Assembly: GCA_963747235.1 (NCBI GenBank)
Contig: CAVVEU010000024.1
Location: 352,001 to 416,000 of the forward strand
Direction of reading: 5' to 3'
DNA length: 64,000 nt
From: an uncultured Candidatus Rokubacteria bacterium
Lineage (GTDB): Bacteria > Methylomirabilota > Methylomirabilia > Rokubacteriales > CSP1-6
Part shown: piece after piece, positions 61,555 through 64,000 of the stretch
Position numbering within the stretch: the stretch's first letter is position 1
How the letters are laid out: each line of letters begins with the position of its first letter
Made by a program: the position numbers and the translations under genes
The notes under the pieces: model-generated
What the model saw: only the letters and a program-made list of their open reading frames with translations
Databases searched by the model: none
Told to the model about the DNA's origin: nothing

Positions 61555-63186
61555 CTACTTCGTCGCGCTGAAGCTCTTCGCCTTCTTGAGCTCGGGCCGG
61601 TCGCCCTCGGCTCCCTTGCCGAGGCTCACGAGCCGCCCGTAGTAGGTGCGGGCCTTGTCGCCGTCGCCGGCCAGCTCCGCGGCGCGCGCGGCGCCGTAGA
61701 GGCCCTGGAAGCGGTTCGGCTCCACCCGATGCGAGGCCTCGAACTCCTTGAGCGCCGCCGCCGGCTGCCCCAGGTCGATCAGCATCTCCCCGAGCAGCTC
61801 CCGGGCGGGCTTGATCGACCCCGGCGTCACCGGGTGCTTCTCGGTGGCGTCCTCGGCATCCGCGGAGGCCCGCATGAGCGAGAGGGCCTCCTCGTTCCGG
61901 CCGTCGGCGCGCGCGATCCAGGCCGCGACCGCGAGCCGCTGCACCTCGCTCTGATGCGCCCAGTAGAGATTCTTGGCCGCGGTCAGCGCGTCGCGCAGGG
62001 CCTCGATCCGGGCCAGGTCCTCCCGGGCGCGCGCCGGATTGCCGCTGCGCGCGGCGCCGAGCCCGCGCGCGAACCACACGATGGACTCGGCCTGCGGGAA
62101 GCGATTCCAGGCCAGGTCCGAGGGGGTCGGGGTCAGCGTCGCCGCGTCCGCCCACTGGCCGCGCTCGAGCGCGTAGCGCGCGGGGATGGCGGCGAGGGCG
62201 AACGCGCCCGCGAAGTGGTCCACGTTCAGCTTCCGGGTCGCGCTGACCTCTTCCACCAGCGCCCGCGCCTCGCGGTCGCGGCCGAGCTGCAGGTAGCCGT
62301 ACATCATGTAGTCGGAGGCGTGCAGGCCCTCGTACGAGCGGAGGCCGGACTGCGCCCCGCTCGCGGCCAGGGTGTCCGCGGCGGCCTTGGCGGACGCGCG
62401 ATTGGTATCGATGGACTCCTGCCAGCTCCCCACGCGCGTGAAGATGTGCGACGGCATGTGCAGCGCGTGCGGCGCGGCCGGGGCGATGCCGGCATAGCGC
62501 TTCGCGGCGGGCAGGCCCTTGGCCGCGATGGGCGGGAAGTCGTAGCTGTGGATCAGGTAGTGGGCCACGCCGGGATGATCGGGCTGCTCGGCGAAGACCT
62601 TTTCGAGGATGCCGGCGGCCTTGAGCTGGTTGGCGTAGGTCTTGTCGTTGGGATCGAGCGTGATGTTGAGCGCGAGCGCGTAGAAGACCGCGGCCTCGCG
62701 ATCGGTGGGATTGCGCGCGGCGATCTGCTCCATGGCGCGCTCGTAGGCGAGCGTACGCGTGCGATGGTCCACCCGGTCCGCGTCCTTGTAGATCATCTCG
62801 ATCGCGGCGATGTACTCACGCTCGCGATCGGTCCTGGCGCCCGCCGCCTTCGCCCGGTCGACCGCGGCCGAGCCCTCTTTCAGGCCGCGCGCGCTCGGGG
62901 GGGCGGCCAGCGGGTTGCCCAGCCACGCCATGGCGACGCCCCAATGGGCCATCCCGCAGGCGGGGTCGGCGGCCGCCACCTCCGTGAAGGCGCCCACCGC
63001 GGCGTCCAGGTGAAATGAGTGCAGCAGCGCCACCGCGCGATCGAACTGGGGCTGGACGGCCGGCGCGCAGGATGTCACGAAGCGGACCGTCCCGAGGCGC
63101 TCGGTGGCCTTGCCCTGGGCCGCGGTGGGGCCGGCGGTAAGGGTGGTGAGCCCGATGACGAGAAGTGCTCCGATGGCGGTTCTCAT
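61555..63186 (-). CDS. Exported TPR-like helical repeat protein
   Basis: Signal peptide; FDRAVALLHSF, DPACGMAHWG, PDHPGVAHYLIH, PHALHMPSHIF; AGGAGG Shine-Dalgarno. Confidence 0.82.
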   Translation of the reverse strand: MRTAIGALLVIGLTTLTAGPTAAQGKATERLGTVRFVTSCAPAVQPQFDRAVALLHSFHLDAAVGAFTEVAAADPACGMAHWGVAMAWLGNPLAAPPSARGLKEGSAAVDRAKAAGARTDREREYIAAIEMIYKDADRVDHRTRTLAYERAMEQIAARNPTDREAAVFYALALNITLDPNDKTYANQLKAAGILEKVFAEQPDHPGVAHYLIHSYDFPPIAAKGLPAAKRYAGIAPAAPHALHMPSHIFTRVGSWQESIDTNRASAKAAADTLAASGAQSGLRSYEGLHASDYMMYGYLQLGRDREARALVEEVSATRKLNVDHFAGAFALAAIPARYALERGQWADAATLTPTPSDLAWNRFPQAESIVWFARGLGAARSGNPARAREDLARIEALRDALTAAKNLYWAHQSEVQRLAVAAWIARADGRNEEALSLMRASADAEDATEKHPVTPGSIKPARELLGEMLIDLGQPAAALKEFEASHRVEPNRFQGLYGAARAAELAGDGDKARTYYGRLVSLGKGAEGDRPELKKAKSFSATK

Positions 63187-63222
63187 GGTGATCCTCCTTG
63201 AGGAAGCTCTCGCGCACTCCAG

Positions 63223-63237
63223 GCACCAAGTGTGCCA
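63223..63237 (-). promoter_or_regulatory. Sigma-54-like promoter or palindromic site upstream of the TPR-like gene
   Basis: TGGCACACTTGGTGC; also a GGCAC-N5-GTGCC palindrome. Confidence 0.45.
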
Positions 63238-63352
63238 TGACGGCCGTCGTGCAAGCTCGCGATCCAGATGAGAGGGCGGCCGGGCACCGCGCCGGACGCG
63301 CGGGCAAAGCGCCCGGGCCAGGGTATCGCGCCCGCAATGCTATGCTCTACCC

Positions 63353-64000
63353 GTGGCCGACCTCGTGAACGAATTCTCCTGGTCGCGCACCAGGGACAAT
63401 GTCTTCCAGGACTGCCGCCGACGCTACTACTACCAGTACTACGGCGCCTGGGGCGGCTGGGACGCCGAATCCGACCCACTCGTGCGCCGCCTGTACATCC
63501 TCAAGCAGCTCGCGACCCGCCAGATGTGGGCGGGCCGGCTCGTCCACGAGGCGATCGAGCGCTCCCTGCTGGCCCTGCGCGACGGCCACGGCCTGAGCGA
63601 GGCCTCCCTCATCGAGGACACGGTGCGCCAGATGCGCGAGGAGTGGAAGGGCTCCCGCGCGGGGGTGTACCGGCAGGCGCCGAAGCGGCCCTCGCTGTTC
63701 GAGCACGAGTACGGCGTGGCCATCCGCGACAGCGAGTGGCAGGCCCTGCGCGATCACGTGGTCCGCTGCCTGCGGAACTTCCACCGGCTGCCCGTGCTGA
63801 CCGACATCAAGCAAACCCCGACCGAGCGCTGGGTCTTCATCGAGGACATCGGCTCCTTCCCGTTCGAGGGCACACGCGTGTTCAGCGCGCCCGACTTCGG
63901 CTACTGGAGCCACGCCGACCGGTTGCAGCTCCTGGACTGGAAGACCGGGGGCGGCGGCGAGGGCGCCGGCCTCCAGCTCGGCGGCTACGCCCTCTACGCC
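63353..64000 (+). CDS. PD-(D/E)XK nuclease (RecB/Cas4-like), 3' partial; not in the ORF track
   Basis: Open frame from GTG 63353: FSWSR..FQDCRRRYYY, GRLVHEAIE, APD, LLDWKTG, QLGGY. Confidence 0.85.
   Translation, partial: MADLVNEFSWSRTRDNVFQDCRRRYYYQYYGAWGGWDAESDPLVRRLYILKQLATRQMWAGRLVHEAIERSLLALRDGHGLSEASLIEDTVRQMREEWKGSRAGVYRQAPKRPSLFEHEYGVAIRDSEWQALRDHVVRCLRNFHRLPVLTDIKQTPTERWVFIEDIGSFPFEGTRVFSAPDFGYWSHADRLQLLDWKTGGGGEGAGLQLGGYALYA

Noticed and set aside
63353-64000. Cas4 or a CRISPR locus
   Set aside because: No repeat-spacer array or other cas gene is visible in the window.

Overview
GC-rich bacterial chromosomal window of about 60 genes. The gene content (many Liv, TRAP and Dpp transporters, amidohydrolases, hydantoinase/oxoprolinase pairs) suggests a soil metagenome organism such as Rokubacteria/Methylomirabilota; this is inference only. 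Roughly 30 short indels split otherwise intact genes, including clpB and ftsH, and are most likely long-read errors. Contents: two Liv-type ABC operons, a TRAP system, a Dpp system with a truncated second permease, GGT divergent from a C26 gamma-glutamyl hydrolase, PhoX, a J-protein with ClpB, FtsH-DegP, a PAC2 protein, an M23 peptidase, two hydantoinase A/B pairs, a squalene synthase, a DUF222-HNH element, and a PD-(D/E)XK nuclease running off the right end. I saw no rRNA, tRNA or CRISPR array. Main second-look items: (1) an ~800-aa GAF protein whose C-terminal part carries class III nucleotidyl cyclase-like motifs in the right order, followed by an unlisted small lipoprotein; (2) five sigma-54-type promoters, three in a stress-type island (DUF748, pyruvyltransferase, FAD oxidoreductase, CsbD) with tandem palindromic candidate enhancer sites; (3) recurrent leaderless -10 promoters, including a symmetric 23-bp bidirectional one; (4) a perfect 18-bp palindrome inside the DUF222-HNH gene.
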